Assembly: GCA_046485285.1 (NCBI GenBank)
Contig: JAWOHE010000023.1
Location: 1 to 13,061 of the forward strand
DNA length: 13,061 bases
Source: a bacterium
GTDB lineage: Bacteria; Hydrothermota; Tepidihabitantia; Tepidihabitantales; Tepidihabitantaceae
Direction: 5' to 3'
The translations under genes were made by a program, and so were the position numbers. Below, one piece after another: positions 1-8,071 of the stretch (positions are counted from its first letter, which is position 1; every line of letters begins with the position of its first letter). Below the pieces are notes generated by a model. It was not told the DNA's origin. It worked only from the letters and a program-made list of their open reading frames with translations, and did no database searches.

Positions 1-119
1 CGAATTGACGGCCGGCTGCCGCCAGCGACTCTCTCCCGCCGCACCCCTGACCGCCGGGAAGTGCAGTGCCCGGTGCGGCACACCGCGCGCTTGCGCCGGG
101 GAGTTCAGACCAACCCGCG

Positions 120-230
120 CTACTCGACCAGCACCAGTCGGGCCGACTCGCCGGTGTCCTGCCTGCGGACGAAGTACACGCCGGGCTCAGATGCCGGACG
201 CCGTTCAGCGCCCCAGCCCGGGCCGCCAGC
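120..230 (-). pseudogene. Orphan, frameshifted 3' remnant of a secreted-protein C-terminal sorting-like domain (T9SS/FlgD-Ig-type tail)
   Basis: The minus strand reads ...GALNGVRHLS(P), then after a 1-nt shift near 183-186, PGVYFVRRQDTGESARLVLVE* (TAG at 122-120). Both frames hit upstream stops (254-252 and 262-260) with no start codon. Confidence 0.55.
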
Positions 231-258
231 TTGACAAATCCGGGCGGCTGACTATCCT
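231..258 (+). promoter_or_regulatory. Sigma70-type promoter for the DJ-1...radA run
   Basis: Perfect TTGACA (231-236), 16-bp spacer, TATCCT (253-258). GTG start at 267, 8 nt downstream. Confidence 0.65.
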
Positions 259-266
259 TCTAGTTT

Positions 267-935
267 GTGCCCGCCACCCTTTGGACTGCCTCGAACCGGC
301 ACCGCGCGTCGGCCGTCGTGCTCGGGCTCCTGCTCGCGCTCACGGCCGGGCAGGCGCAGATTACCCCGGCCAACGCCGCGCGGACGATTGACCCGGGCGA
401 GGTCTCGCACCCGGAGCGCCGGGTCGCGGTGTTCGTGCCGCCGATGCTGTTCGACGAGGAAGTCTTCCAGTTCGTCCACCGGACGCTGGTCCACGCCCGC
501 TGGCGTCCGGTCATCGTCGGCGCCGATACCGGCATCGCGAGCGGCTACGCGAACACCGTCGTCCGGCCCGAGCTCGACCGGTCCGGGCTGGTGCCCGACG
601 ACTTCGCCGCGCTGGTGCTGGTCGGCGGCTCGGGCGCGGTGCTCCACTGGCAGGATTCGACGCTCCACGCGGCGGTGCGCGGCTTCGTCGCGGCGGGCAA
701 GCCGGTCGCGGCCAACGGGCTCGCGGTGACGATACTCGCCCGCGCCGGCGTGCTCGAGGGCCGCCGGGCCGCATTCTATCGGGAGTCCGGGGCGCCCGAG
801 CTCATCACCGCCCACGACGCCCGGTTCGTCTTCACGCCGGTCGTCACCGACGGCAACATCGTCACCGCGGCCGGCCCGGACACCGAGCGCCGCTTCGCTG
901 CCGCGCTGGTCGCGGCGCTGGGGCCGCGGAAGTGA
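267..935 (+). CDS. DJ-1/PfpI family protein with N-terminal signal peptide, lacking the nucleophile Cys
   Basis: Family motifs RVAVFV, DFAALVLVGGSG, GKPVAAxxLAVTILARAGVLEGRRA and VVTDGNIVTAAGP. Signal-like RHRASAVVLGLLLALTAGQA. No Cys anywhere in the 222 aa. Confidence 0.8.
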   Translation: MPATLWTASNRHRASAVVLGLLLALTAGQAQITPANAARTIDPGEVSHPERRVAVFVPPMLFDEEVFQFVHRTLVHARWRPVIVGADTGIASGYANTVVRPELDRSGLVPDDFAALVLVGGSGAVLHWQDSTLHAAVRGFVAAGKPVAANGLAVTILARAGVLEGRRAAFYRESGAPELITAHDARFVFTPVVTDGNIVTAAGPDTERRFAAALVAALGPRK

Positions 936-1393
936 GGGCCCTGCTCCAGCGCGTGAGCGAGGCGCGAGTGACCGCCGACGGCGAGACGGTCGGCGAGATC
1001 GGCCCGGGCTTCCTGGTCCTGCTCGGCGTCGGCCCGTCCGACGACGAGTCAACCTGCCGGCGGCTTGCGTCGAAGGTCGCCCGCCTGCGGGTGTTCGAGG
1101 ACGAGGCGGGCCGGATGAACCGCTCGCTCGCCGACACCGGCGGCGCGGCGCTGGTGGTGTCCCAGTTCACGCTCTATGCCGACACGAGCCGGGGCCTGCG
1201 GCCGTCGTTCACCGGCGCGGCCGCGCCCGACCGGGCGCGCGAGCTCTACGAGCGGTTCGCGTCCGAACTCGGCCATCTCGGCGTCCCGACCCGGACCGGC
1301 CGGTTCGGCGCCCGGATGGCGGTCAGCCTCGTCAACAGCGGGCCGGTGACGATAATGCTCGATGAGCCGGACGCCGGGAACGGCGCGGCCTGA
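932..1393 (+). CDS. dtd: D-aminoacyl-tRNA deacylase
   Basis: MRALLQRVSEARV start, RVFED..GRMN, SQFTL and NSGPVT (Gly-cisPro) motifs. GTGA overlap with the upstream stop. Confidence 0.96.
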   Translation: MRALLQRVSEARVTADGETVGEIGPGFLVLLGVGPSDDESTCRRLASKVARLRVFEDEAGRMNRSLADTGGAALVVSQFTLYADTSRGLRPSFTGAAAPDRARELYERFASELGHLGVPTRTGRFGARMAVSLVNSGPVTIMLDEPDAGNGAA

Positions 1394-1405
1394 ACAGGAG
1401 CGCAG

Positions 1406-2281
1406 ATGATCCAGAGCATGACCGGAGTCGGCCGGGCCGAGGGCTTGATCGCGCCGTGGAACAGCGCGGTCGTCGTCGACATCCGGTCGGTCAACCACAA
1501 GTTTCTCGAAATCGTCCCCAGGCTGCCCTCCGCCCTGGCCGGCCACGAAGGCGATATCCGGGAGATGATCCGCCGCCGGGTCAAGCGCGGCTACGTCCAG
1601 CTCCAGATCGCGATGGACGAGGCCGCCGACGCGCCGGTGATCCGGCTCGACCACCGCATCGTCCGCGACTACCTCAAGCTCACCCGCGAGCTGAGGCGGG
1701 CCTACGACCTGCCCGGCGAGGTCGACATCGCGACGCTCGTGCAGTTCCCGGGCGTCGTCGCCGCCGAGAAATCCGAGCGCAACCGCGCCCGGCTCTGGCG
1801 CGGCACCCGCCGCCTGCTCAACGAGGCGCTCGACCGGCTGGTCCGGATGCGCCGGGCCGAGGGCGCGAACACCGTCCGCGACCTGCGCGGCCGCGTCGAC
1901 CGCATCCGCCGGGCGGTGCGCCACATCGAGGCCCGGGTCCCGCTCCGGCTCAAGGAGCGCCGCCAGAACCTGCTCACCCAGCTCAAGGACCTCGGCGTCG
2001 ACGCTGACCCGAAGCGGATCCTCGAGGAGGTCGCCTTCATCACCGAGAAGGTGGACATCCACGAGGAGTGCGTCCGACTGAGGAGCCACTGCAGCATCTT
2101 CATCAAGGCGCTCTCGGCCGCCTCGACCTCGGGCAAGAAGCTCGACTTCATCGCCCAGGAGATGCTCCGCGAGACCGACACGCTCGCGGCCAAGGCCCGC
2201 GACCTCGTCGTCTCGGGCCGGGCGATCGAGATTAAGGGCGAGATCGAGAAGCTCAAGGAGCAGGTCCGGAATGTCGAGTAG
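1406..2281 (+). CDS. yicC: YicC/YloC family endoribonuclease
   Basis: MIQSMTGxG, RSVNHKFLE, DIHEExVRL, GKKLDFIAQEM, C-terminal EQVRNVE. AGGAG RBS. Conserved position upstream of gmk. Confidence 0.93.
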   Translation: MIQSMTGVGRAEGLIAPWNSAVVVDIRSVNHKFLEIVPRLPSALAGHEGDIREMIRRRVKRGYVQLQIAMDEAADAPVIRLDHRIVRDYLKLTRELRRAYDLPGEVDIATLVQFPGVVAAEKSERNRARLWRGTRRLLNEALDRLVRMRRAEGANTVRDLRGRVDRIRRAVRHIEARVPLRLKERRQNLLTQLKDLGVDADPKRILEEVAFITEKVDIHEECVRLRSHCSIFIKALSAASTSGKKLDFIAQEMLRETDTLAAKARDLVVSGRAIEIKGEIEKLKEQVRNVE

Positions 2282-2885
2282 CCGGCCGGGCCACCTGCCC
2301 TTCCTCGTCGTCCTGAGCTCGCCGTCCGGCGCGGGCAAGACCTCGATCTGTCACGAGGTCGTCCGCCGCGACCCGCACGTCGCCTACTCGGTATCGGTGA
2401 CGACCCGGCCGCGCCGGCCCGGCGAGGCCAACGGCCGGGACTACCGGTTCGCGAGCGAGGCCCGGTTCCGGGCGCTCCTGCGCCGGGACGGGCTCGTCGA
2501 GCACGCCCGGGTCTATGACCACTGGTACGGCACGCCCCGGGCCTTCCTCGCGGCCCGGTTCCGCGCCGGCCGGGACGTCATCGCCGACCTCGACATCCAG
2601 GGCATGCGCGCAGTCAAGCGTGCCCTGCCCGGCACGGTCGGTATCTTCATCACCGTCCCGGACCGGCGCGAGCTCGCCCGGCGCCTGCGCGGCCGCGGCA
2701 CCGACTCGGCCGAGGTCATCCGCCGGCGCGAGGCCGAGCTCGAGACCGAGCTTGCCGCGATGCCGGATTTCGATTACACTATCCTGAACGACCGGCTCGA
2801 CCGGGCGGTCGAGGCGGTGCTGGCCATCATCCGGGCCGAGCGCTGCCGCACCTCCCGCCGGGTCGCCGAAAGGAAACGCCGATGA
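2271..2885 (+). CDS. gmk: Guanylate kinase
   Basis: P-loop SSPSGAGKTS, SVTTRPRRPGEANGRDYRF, YGTP, DIQG, RGTDS motifs. Confidence 0.96.
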   Translation: MSSSRPGHLPFLVVLSSPSGAGKTSICHEVVRRDPHVAYSVSVTTRPRRPGEANGRDYRFASEARFRALLRRDGLVEHARVYDHWYGTPRAFLAARFRAGRDVIADLDIQGMRAVKRALPGTVGIFITVPDRRELARRLRGRGTDSAEVIRRREAELETELAAMPDFDYTILNDRLDRAVEAVLAIIRAERCRTSRRVAERKRR

Positions 2886-3166
2886 AATACACTTCGCTGG
2901 AACGAATCTGGACCAAGTACCCGAACAAGTACAAGGCGCTGAACCTCGCCTCCCTGATCGCCCGCGACGGCATCGAAGCCCAGGTCCGCGGCGAGAGCAA
3001 GATTGTCGGCAACGTCTTCGAGCATTCGCTCCGCCAGCTCATCGAGGCCGACCTCCACTACGAGAAGCTGACCGATGCCGAGGTCGAGGCCCTCACCCGC
3101 GAAGGCTACGGCGAGGCGCACACCCGGACCTGGCGCGAGCCCGCCGCCTTCGGCCGCGCGTTCTAG
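2882..3166 (+). CDS. rpoZ: Probable RNA polymerase omega subunit (divergent)
   Basis: 94 aa between gmk and coaBC, the canonical rpoZ slot. NKYKALNLASLIAR resembles omega NRY/NKY..AxxRAR, and SLRQL resembles ALxEI. AAGGA RBS and ATGA overlap. Confidence 0.7.
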   Translation: MKYTSLERIWTKYPNKYKALNLASLIARDGIEAQVRGESKIVGNVFEHSLRQLIEADLHYEKLTDAEVEALTREGYGEAHTRTWREPAAFGRAF

Positions 3167-3192
3167 CGCGGAGACGGACCCGCGGGCCGGAG

Positions 3193-4419
3193 ATGGCCAG
3201 CCGTCCAAAGCGGCTCCTGCTCGGCGTCACCGGCGGCATCGCCGCCTACAAGGCGCTCGAGCTCGTCCGCCGGTTCCGGCGGCTCGGCTGGGAGGTCCAG
3301 GTCGTGATGACCGCGGCCGCCCGCCGCCTGCTCGGCACCGAGAGCTTCGCCACGCTCGCCGGCCGGCCGGTCGCCCACGAGCTCTTTCCCCGCCGCCGAC
3401 CCGGACCGGCCGCCGACGCGCGCATCGCCCACGTCGACCTCGCCGGCTGGGCCGACGTCGTCCTGGTCGCGCCGACGACCGCCAACTGCCTCGGCAAGCT
3501 CGCGGCCGGCATCGCCGACGACCTGCTCTCGACCCTGCTCCTCGCCGTCCCGCCAGAGAAGCTCCGCGCCGGCCGGGTCATCCTCGCCCCGGCGATGAAC
3601 ACCCGGATGTGGGAACACCCCTCGGTTCGGCGCAACCTCGCCGGGCTCGAGGCCGACGGCTGCGTCGTGGTCCTGCCCGAGCCGGGCGAGCTCGCCTGCG
3701 GCGACCGCGGCGCCGGCCGGCTCGCCGACGTCGAGGACCTCGCTGCCGCAGTGCTCGCCGCAGCCGCCGGCGCCGGACGCCTGCCCGACCTGGCGGGCGC
3801 CCGGGTCGTCGTCACCGCCGGCCGCACCGAGGAGCCGCTTGACCCGGTCCGGGTCCTAACCAACCGCTCGAGCGGCCGGCTCGGACTCGCGCTCGCCCGC
3901 GCTTTCCGGCTCGCCCGCGCCGACGTCCGGCTGGTCTGCGGCGCGCTCTCGGTTTCGCCCCCGGCCGCGCTGCCGATCGAGACCGCGACCACCGCCGACT
4001 CGATGCTGGCCGCGCTCCGCCGGGCTGTCCGCGACTGCGACATCCTCGTGATGTGCGCGGCGGTCGGCGACTACCGGCCGGCCCGGCCGGCCCGGGCGAA
4101 GACCCACGACCGCCGGCTTTCGCTTGTGCTCGAGAAAACCCCTGATATCCTGAAGACCGTGACGGCCGAACATCGCCCGCCAGTGGTCATCGGGTTCTCC
4201 CACGACCCGTCGACCGCAGTCGCCCGGACGAAGTTGCACGCCAAGCGGCTCGACCTCATCGTCGCCAACCCCTACCCGACCGCCGGCGCCGACACCATCC
4301 GCGCGACGCTCGTCCCGGCCCGCGGCCGCGTGACCCGGCTGGCCGGGCAATCCAAGGATCGGTTCAGCCGGCGGCTGGTCGCCGAGGCCGCGCGCCTGCT
4401 TGAGAAAGCCCGTGGCTAG
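3193..4419 (+). CDS. coaBC: Bifunctional phosphopantothenoylcysteine decarboxylase / phosphopantothenate-cysteine ligase
   Basis: GVTGGIAAYK, HVDLA, APTTAN, PAMNTRMW, LACGD.GAGRL; then VTAGRTEEPLDPVRVLTNRSSGRLG, AAVGDY, TPDIL, LDLIVAN. Confidence 0.95.
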   Translation: MASRPKRLLLGVTGGIAAYKALELVRRFRRLGWEVQVVMTAAARRLLGTESFATLAGRPVAHELFPRRRPGPAADARIAHVDLAGWADVVLVAPTTANCLGKLAAGIADDLLSTLLLAVPPEKLRAGRVILAPAMNTRMWEHPSVRRNLAGLEADGCVVVLPEPGELACGDRGAGRLADVEDLAAAVLAAAAGAGRLPDLAGARVVVTAGRTEEPLDPVRVLTNRSSGRLGLALARAFRLARADVRLVCGALSVSPPAALPIETATTADSMLAALRRAVRDCDILVMCAAVGDYRPARPARAKTHDRRLSLVLEKTPDILKTVTAEHRPPVVIGFSHDPSTAVARTKLHAKRLDLIVANPYPTAGADTIRATLVPARGRVTRLAGQSKDRFSRRLVAEAARLLEKARG

Positions 4420-5842
4420 CGTGGACGAGATCGTCGGCCGCCGGCCGCCCCAGGCGCTCGATGCCGAGGTGGCGGTGCTCGGCGCAATGCTCCTCAACTC
4501 CGAGGCGGTCGCCCGCGTGCTCGAGGTCCTCGGCCACTCGCCCGAGCACTTCTACCTCGACGCCCACCGCAAGATCTACTCGGCCATCACCAGTTGTTTC
4601 GACGCCAGCCGGCCGGTCGACGTCGTCACCGTCGCGGGCGAGCTCAAACGGGCCAAGGAGCTCGACAACGTCGGCGGCCTGCCGTTCCTGTCCTCGCTGC
4701 TCGAAGCGGTGCTGACCGCGGCCCACTGCGAGGAACACGCCCGGCTCGTCCTCGAGAAGTCGACCCAGCGCCAGCTCATCGATACCGCGACCGAGATCGT
4801 CCAGAAGAGCTACGACGACACCCGGCCGGTCGACGAGCTCCTCGACGAGGCCGAACAGCGGATCTTCGACATCCGCCAGGCCGGCACCCGCAAGGGCTTC
4901 GAGAAGCTCCAGGAACTGCTGATGCCGGCGATGGAGCGCATCGAGGCGGTCAGCCGCGAGAAGCGGCTCATCACCGGCGTCGAGACCGGTTTCGCCGAGC
5001 TCGACGAGAAGACCTCTGGCTTCCAGAAGGGCGACCTCGTCATCATCGCCGGCCGGCCCTCGATGGGCAAGACCTCGCTCGCGCTCAACATCGCGGTCAA
5101 CGCCAGCCTGCGCAGCAACATTCCAGTCGCGATCTTCTCGCTTGAGATGGCGACCGAGGCGCTCGTCCAGCGGCTCATCTGCGCCGAGGCCGGCGTCTCG
5201 ATGATGAACCTGCGCCGGGGAATGTTGAAACAGCCGGAGCGGGCCCGGCTGGCGGCCGGGCTCGGCCCGCTCCGCGACGCCCGGATCCACATCGACGACT
5301 CGCCGGCGCTCAACGCGCTCGACATCCGCGCCCGCGCCCGCCGGCTCAAGGCTGAGACCCCGGTCGGGCTCATCGTCATCGATTACCTCCAGCTGATGGA
5401 GGCGCACTTCTCCGGCCGCCGCGAGCGTAACCGCCAGCAGGAAATCTCCGACACCACCCGCAGTCTCAAGTCGATGGCCAAAGAGCTCAACACTCCGGTC
5501 GTCGTGCTGTCCCAGCTCTCTCGCGCGCCCGAGGCCCGGCCCGACAAGCGACCCCAGCTCTCCGACCTACGCGAGTCGGGCGCAATCGAACAGGACGCCG
5601 ACGTCGTCCTCCTGCTGTTCCGGCCCAAGTTCTACAAACCCGAGGACTCCGGCGTCGACGACACCGCCCACGTCATCATCGCCAAGCAGCGCAACGGCCC
5701 GCTCGGCAGCATCAAGCTGACCTTCCTCGGCGACTGCATGCGCTTCGAGAACCCGTACCTTGGCGGCGCTTCCGGCCCGCCCGAGGAGTCGCGGCCGGCT
5801 GACCCGGGACCCGAGCCGCCCGACGTCTACCTGCCCGAGTGA
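4412..5842 (+). CDS. dnaB: Replicative DNA helicase
   Basis: PPQ.LDAE.AVLG N-terminus, Walker A AGRPSMGKT, FSLEM, IDYLQLM, LSQLSR, SDLRESGAIEQDAD, KQRNGP. Start uncertain (TTG 4400, GTG 4412 or GTG 4421). No intein. Confidence 0.97.
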   Translation: MASVDEIVGRRPPQALDAEVAVLGAMLLNSEAVARVLEVLGHSPEHFYLDAHRKIYSAITSCFDASRPVDVVTVAGELKRAKELDNVGGLPFLSSLLEAVLTAAHCEEHARLVLEKSTQRQLIDTATEIVQKSYDDTRPVDELLDEAEQRIFDIRQAGTRKGFEKLQELLMPAMERIEAVSREKRLITGVETGFAELDEKTSGFQKGDLVIIAGRPSMGKTSLALNIAVNASLRSNIPVAIFSLEMATEALVQRLICAEAGVSMMNLRRGMLKQPERARLAAGLGPLRDARIHIDDSPALNALDIRARARRLKAETPVGLIVIDYLQLMEAHFSGRRERNRQQEISDTTRSLKSMAKELNTPVVVLSQLSRAPEARPDKRPQLSDLRESGAIEQDADVVLLLFRPKFYKPEDSGVDDTAHVIIAKQRNGPLGSIKLTFLGDCMRFENPYLGGASGPPEESRPADPGPEPPDVYLPE

Positions 5843-7224
5843 TGGCCCGCCGGAGCACCGCCGCCACCGTCTTCGTCTGCCAGGACTGCGGCGGCGAGAG
5901 CGCGCGCTGGCTCGGCCGCTGTCCGGCCTGCGGGGCCTGGAACACCCTTGTCGAGGAACAACGCGCGCCGGCGAGCCCGGTCCGCAACCGCCGGGCGACC
6001 GGTGAGACGGCCCGGCCCGTCCGGCTTTCCGAGGTCCGGGCCGCCCGCACTGCCCGCGCACCGACCGGGATCGGCGAGCTCGACCGCGTCCTCGGCGGCG
6101 GGCTCGTCCCGGGCTCGCTGATACTCATCGGCGGCGAGCCCGGCATCGGCAAGTCGACCCTGACGCTCCAGATCTGTGACAAGCTCGCCGGCGCCGGCAC
6201 CCGCCTGCTCTACGTCTCGGGCGAGGAGTCGGCCGAGCAGATAAGGCTCCGGGCCGAGCGGCTCGGCGTCGCCGGCGACAACGTCCACCTGCTCTGCGCG
6301 GTTGGCCTCGAGGACATCGTCGAGGCCGCGGCCGAGGTCCAGCCCGGGCTGATGGTTATCGACTCGATCCAGACCGTGTTCTCGGCCCGGCTGACCAGCG
6401 CGCCGGGCAGTGTCGCCCAGGTCCGGGAGTGTGCGGCCGAACTGCTCCGGCTTGCGAAGGCCCGGACCATTACCACCATCCTCATCGGTCACGTCACCAA
6501 GTTCGGCGCCATCGCCGGGCCCAAGACACTCGAGCACGTGGTCGACACGGTGCTGTCCTTCGAGGGCGAGCGCTTCCAGCAGTACCGTATTATCCGGGCA
6601 GTCAAGAACCGCTTCGGCGCGACCGACGAGATCGGCGTCTTCGAGATGGCCGATGCCGGGCTCGTCGAGGTGTCCAACCCGTCCCGGTTCTTCCTGTCCG
6701 ACCGCAAGCCCGACGTCTCGGGCTCCGCGGTCGCCGCCACCCTCGAGGGCAGCCGCCCGCTGCTCGTCGAGATCCAGGCCCTGGCGGCCGCCACCCCTTA
6801 CGCCCTGCCCCAGCGGGTTGCGACCGGATTCGACAACCGGCGCCTCAGCATGCTGCTCTGCGTCCTCGAGCGCCGGGCCGGCGTGACCACCTCGGGCCAG
6901 GACGTCTTTCTCAACGTGGCCGGCGGACTGAAAGTCCGCGAGCCGGCCGCGGACCTGGCCGTCGTGGCCGCGCTCGCCTCGTCGGTTCGCAACCAGCCCC
7001 TGCCCGCCGACGCGGTGCTGGTCGGCGAGGTCGGACTCGGTGGCGAAGTCCGCAGTATCTCCCGGGCCGAGGCCCGCATCAACGAAGCGGCCCGGCTCGG
7101 GTTTGGTCGTATTGTGATGTCCCGGCGCAACCTGTCGCGCGAGCTCAAGGCGACGGCCGGGATCGAAACCATCGGCGTGGATTCGGCCCGCGATGCGCTC
7201 GAAGCGCTCGGGGTGACGCGCTGA
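5842..7224 (+). CDS. radA: DNA repair protein RadA/Sms
   Basis: C4 zinc finger CQDCG..WLGRCPACG, Walker A GGEPGIGKST, IDSIQT, KNRFG signature, Lon-like C-terminus. ATG overlaps the dnaB TGA (TGATG). Confidence 0.97.
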   Translation: MARRSTAATVFVCQDCGGESARWLGRCPACGAWNTLVEEQRAPASPVRNRRATGETARPVRLSEVRAARTARAPTGIGELDRVLGGGLVPGSLILIGGEPGIGKSTLTLQICDKLAGAGTRLLYVSGEESAEQIRLRAERLGVAGDNVHLLCAVGLEDIVEAAAEVQPGLMVIDSIQTVFSARLTSAPGSVAQVRECAAELLRLAKARTITTILIGHVTKFGAIAGPKTLEHVVDTVLSFEGERFQQYRIIRAVKNRFGATDEIGVFEMADAGLVEVSNPSRFFLSDRKPDVSGSAVAATLEGSRPLLVEIQALAAATPYALPQRVATGFDNRRLSMLLCVLERRAGVTTSGQDVFLNVAGGLKVREPAADLAVVAALASSVRNQPLPADAVLVGEVGLGGEVRSISRAEARINEAARLGFGRIVMSRRNLSRELKATAGIETIGVDSARDALEALGVTR

Positions 7225-7228
7225 CGGA

Positions 7229-7341
7229 GACGGAAGACCGACGACGGATGACGGGAGACGGAGGACGGACGACGGGAGATAGACACCCGGTCCCCGGTCT
7301 CGGGTCCCCGGTCTCCGGTCACCCGTCCCCGGTCATCCGTC
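7229..7341. repeat. Symmetric heptamer-array palindrome, copy 1 (8 units + A + 8 inverted units)
   Basis: Left arm GACGGAA GACCGAC GACGGAT GACGGGA GACGGAG GACGGAC GACGGGA GATAGAC (7229-7284). Central A at 7285. Right arm CCCGGTC CCCGGTC TCGGGTC CCCGGTC TCCGGTC ACCCGTC CCCGGTC ATCCGTC (7286-7341). Confidence 0.9.
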
Positions 7342-7371
7342 CTCCTATGCCCCGGTCCCCGGCGGCCGGAG

Positions 7372-7450
7372 TGAACACCAAGACACAAAGACTGAAGTCC
7401 CTTGGGTCCGAACCCAGAACCCCCTTCTTTCTTCGTGCCTTTGTGGTTCA
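7372..7450. repeat. Imperfect palindromic element built of 8-nt ACAC(A/C)AAG-type units
   Basis: Left arm TGAACACCAAGACACAAAG (7372-7390). Right arm CTTCGTGCCTTTGTGGTTCA (7431-7450), reverse complement TGAACCACAAAGGCACGAAG, 16/20 match with one gap. Inner hairpin TGGGT-CCGA-ACCCA (7403-7416). Confidence 0.75.
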
Positions 7451-7495
7451 TCCTGATGGCCGGCCGCGCCCCGAACCCCGCCCCCGGAGGAATCG

Positions 7496-8071
7496 ATGCT
7501 TTTCCGCAAGCCCCCCGTCTTCGCACTTGACCTCGAGACACTGGCCGACCTGCGGGTCACCCGTTTCTTCGAGTACGGCCTGATTACCGGTCGCCTGCTC
7601 CTTCCGGAGCCGCCGGCCGAGTCTGCCGATGATGAAGCCCGCCACCTGGCCGACCGCGCCCGCGAGGCGACTTCCCGGCTCAAGAAGGTGAAGGGCCTCC
7701 AGGTCAAGGCCGAGCGCCGGCTCGCCGACCCGGAGCAGCTCCTTGCCGAGGCCCGACGCCAGAAGGCGACCCTGCTGACCATCCGGCCCGACCTCCGGGC
7801 CGCGGCCAACGGCCTGAGCGTCGTCTCTGTCGCCGAGCTTTATGGCCTGTTCAAGCCGGTCCAGTCCGCCGGCAACGTCCTCCGGATCCGCGTCACCAAG
7901 CGCGGCAAGGAAAAGGACGAGGGCATCGGCTACCTCGATGGCGGCGTCAAGGTCGTCGTCGACAAGGGCGCTTCGATGCTCGGCCAGGAAGTCGAGGTCG
8001 TCGTCCAGGGCTCGCTCGACACCGAATCCGGCCAGGTCATCTTCGCCCGGCCGAGGTTCGCGGAGTTGTGA
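7496..8071 (+). CDS. PIN/TRAM domain protein (YacL-like), lacking N-terminal membrane domain, with degenerate PIN
   Basis: C-terminal GKEKDEGIGYLDGGVKVVVD...VEVVV..SLDTESGQVIFARP matches the YacL TRAM consensus (GKE..QGVGYLDDGTMVVV...QT.AGRMIFA). N-terminal LDLETLADLR resembles PIN LDTSVIIDGR. GGAGG RBS at 7486-7490. Follows radA, as yacL does in Bacillota. Confidence 0.8.
   Translation: MLFRKPPVFALDLETLADLRVTRFFEYGLITGRLLLPEPPAESADDEARHLADRAREATSRLKKVKGLQVKAERRLADPEQLLAEARRQKATLLTIRPDLRAAANGLSVVSVAELYGLFKPVQSAGNVLRIRVTKRGKEKDEGIGYLDGGVKVVVDKGASMLGQEVEVVVQGSLDTESGQVIFARPRFAEL

Noticed and set aside
66-81. Hairpin GTGCC-CGGTGC-GGCAC as an ncRNA or terminator
   Set aside because: A 5-bp stem in GC-rich DNA, with no U-tract and no recognisable RNA family motif.
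4412-7224. Intein in DnaB or RadA
   Set aside because: Both proteins are of normal length with contiguous motifs and no splice-junction insertion.
7222-7360. CRISPR array
   Set aside because: The units are contiguous 7-mers with no unique spacers, and there are no cas genes in the window.
1049-7583. Long alternative-frame and antisense ORFs (e.g. 1049-2338 -, 4364-5407 -, 6429-7583 +, 6798-7541 -)
   Set aside because: These are Arg/Pro/Gly-rich shadow frames over well-identified genes, expected at this GC content, with no recognisable motifs.
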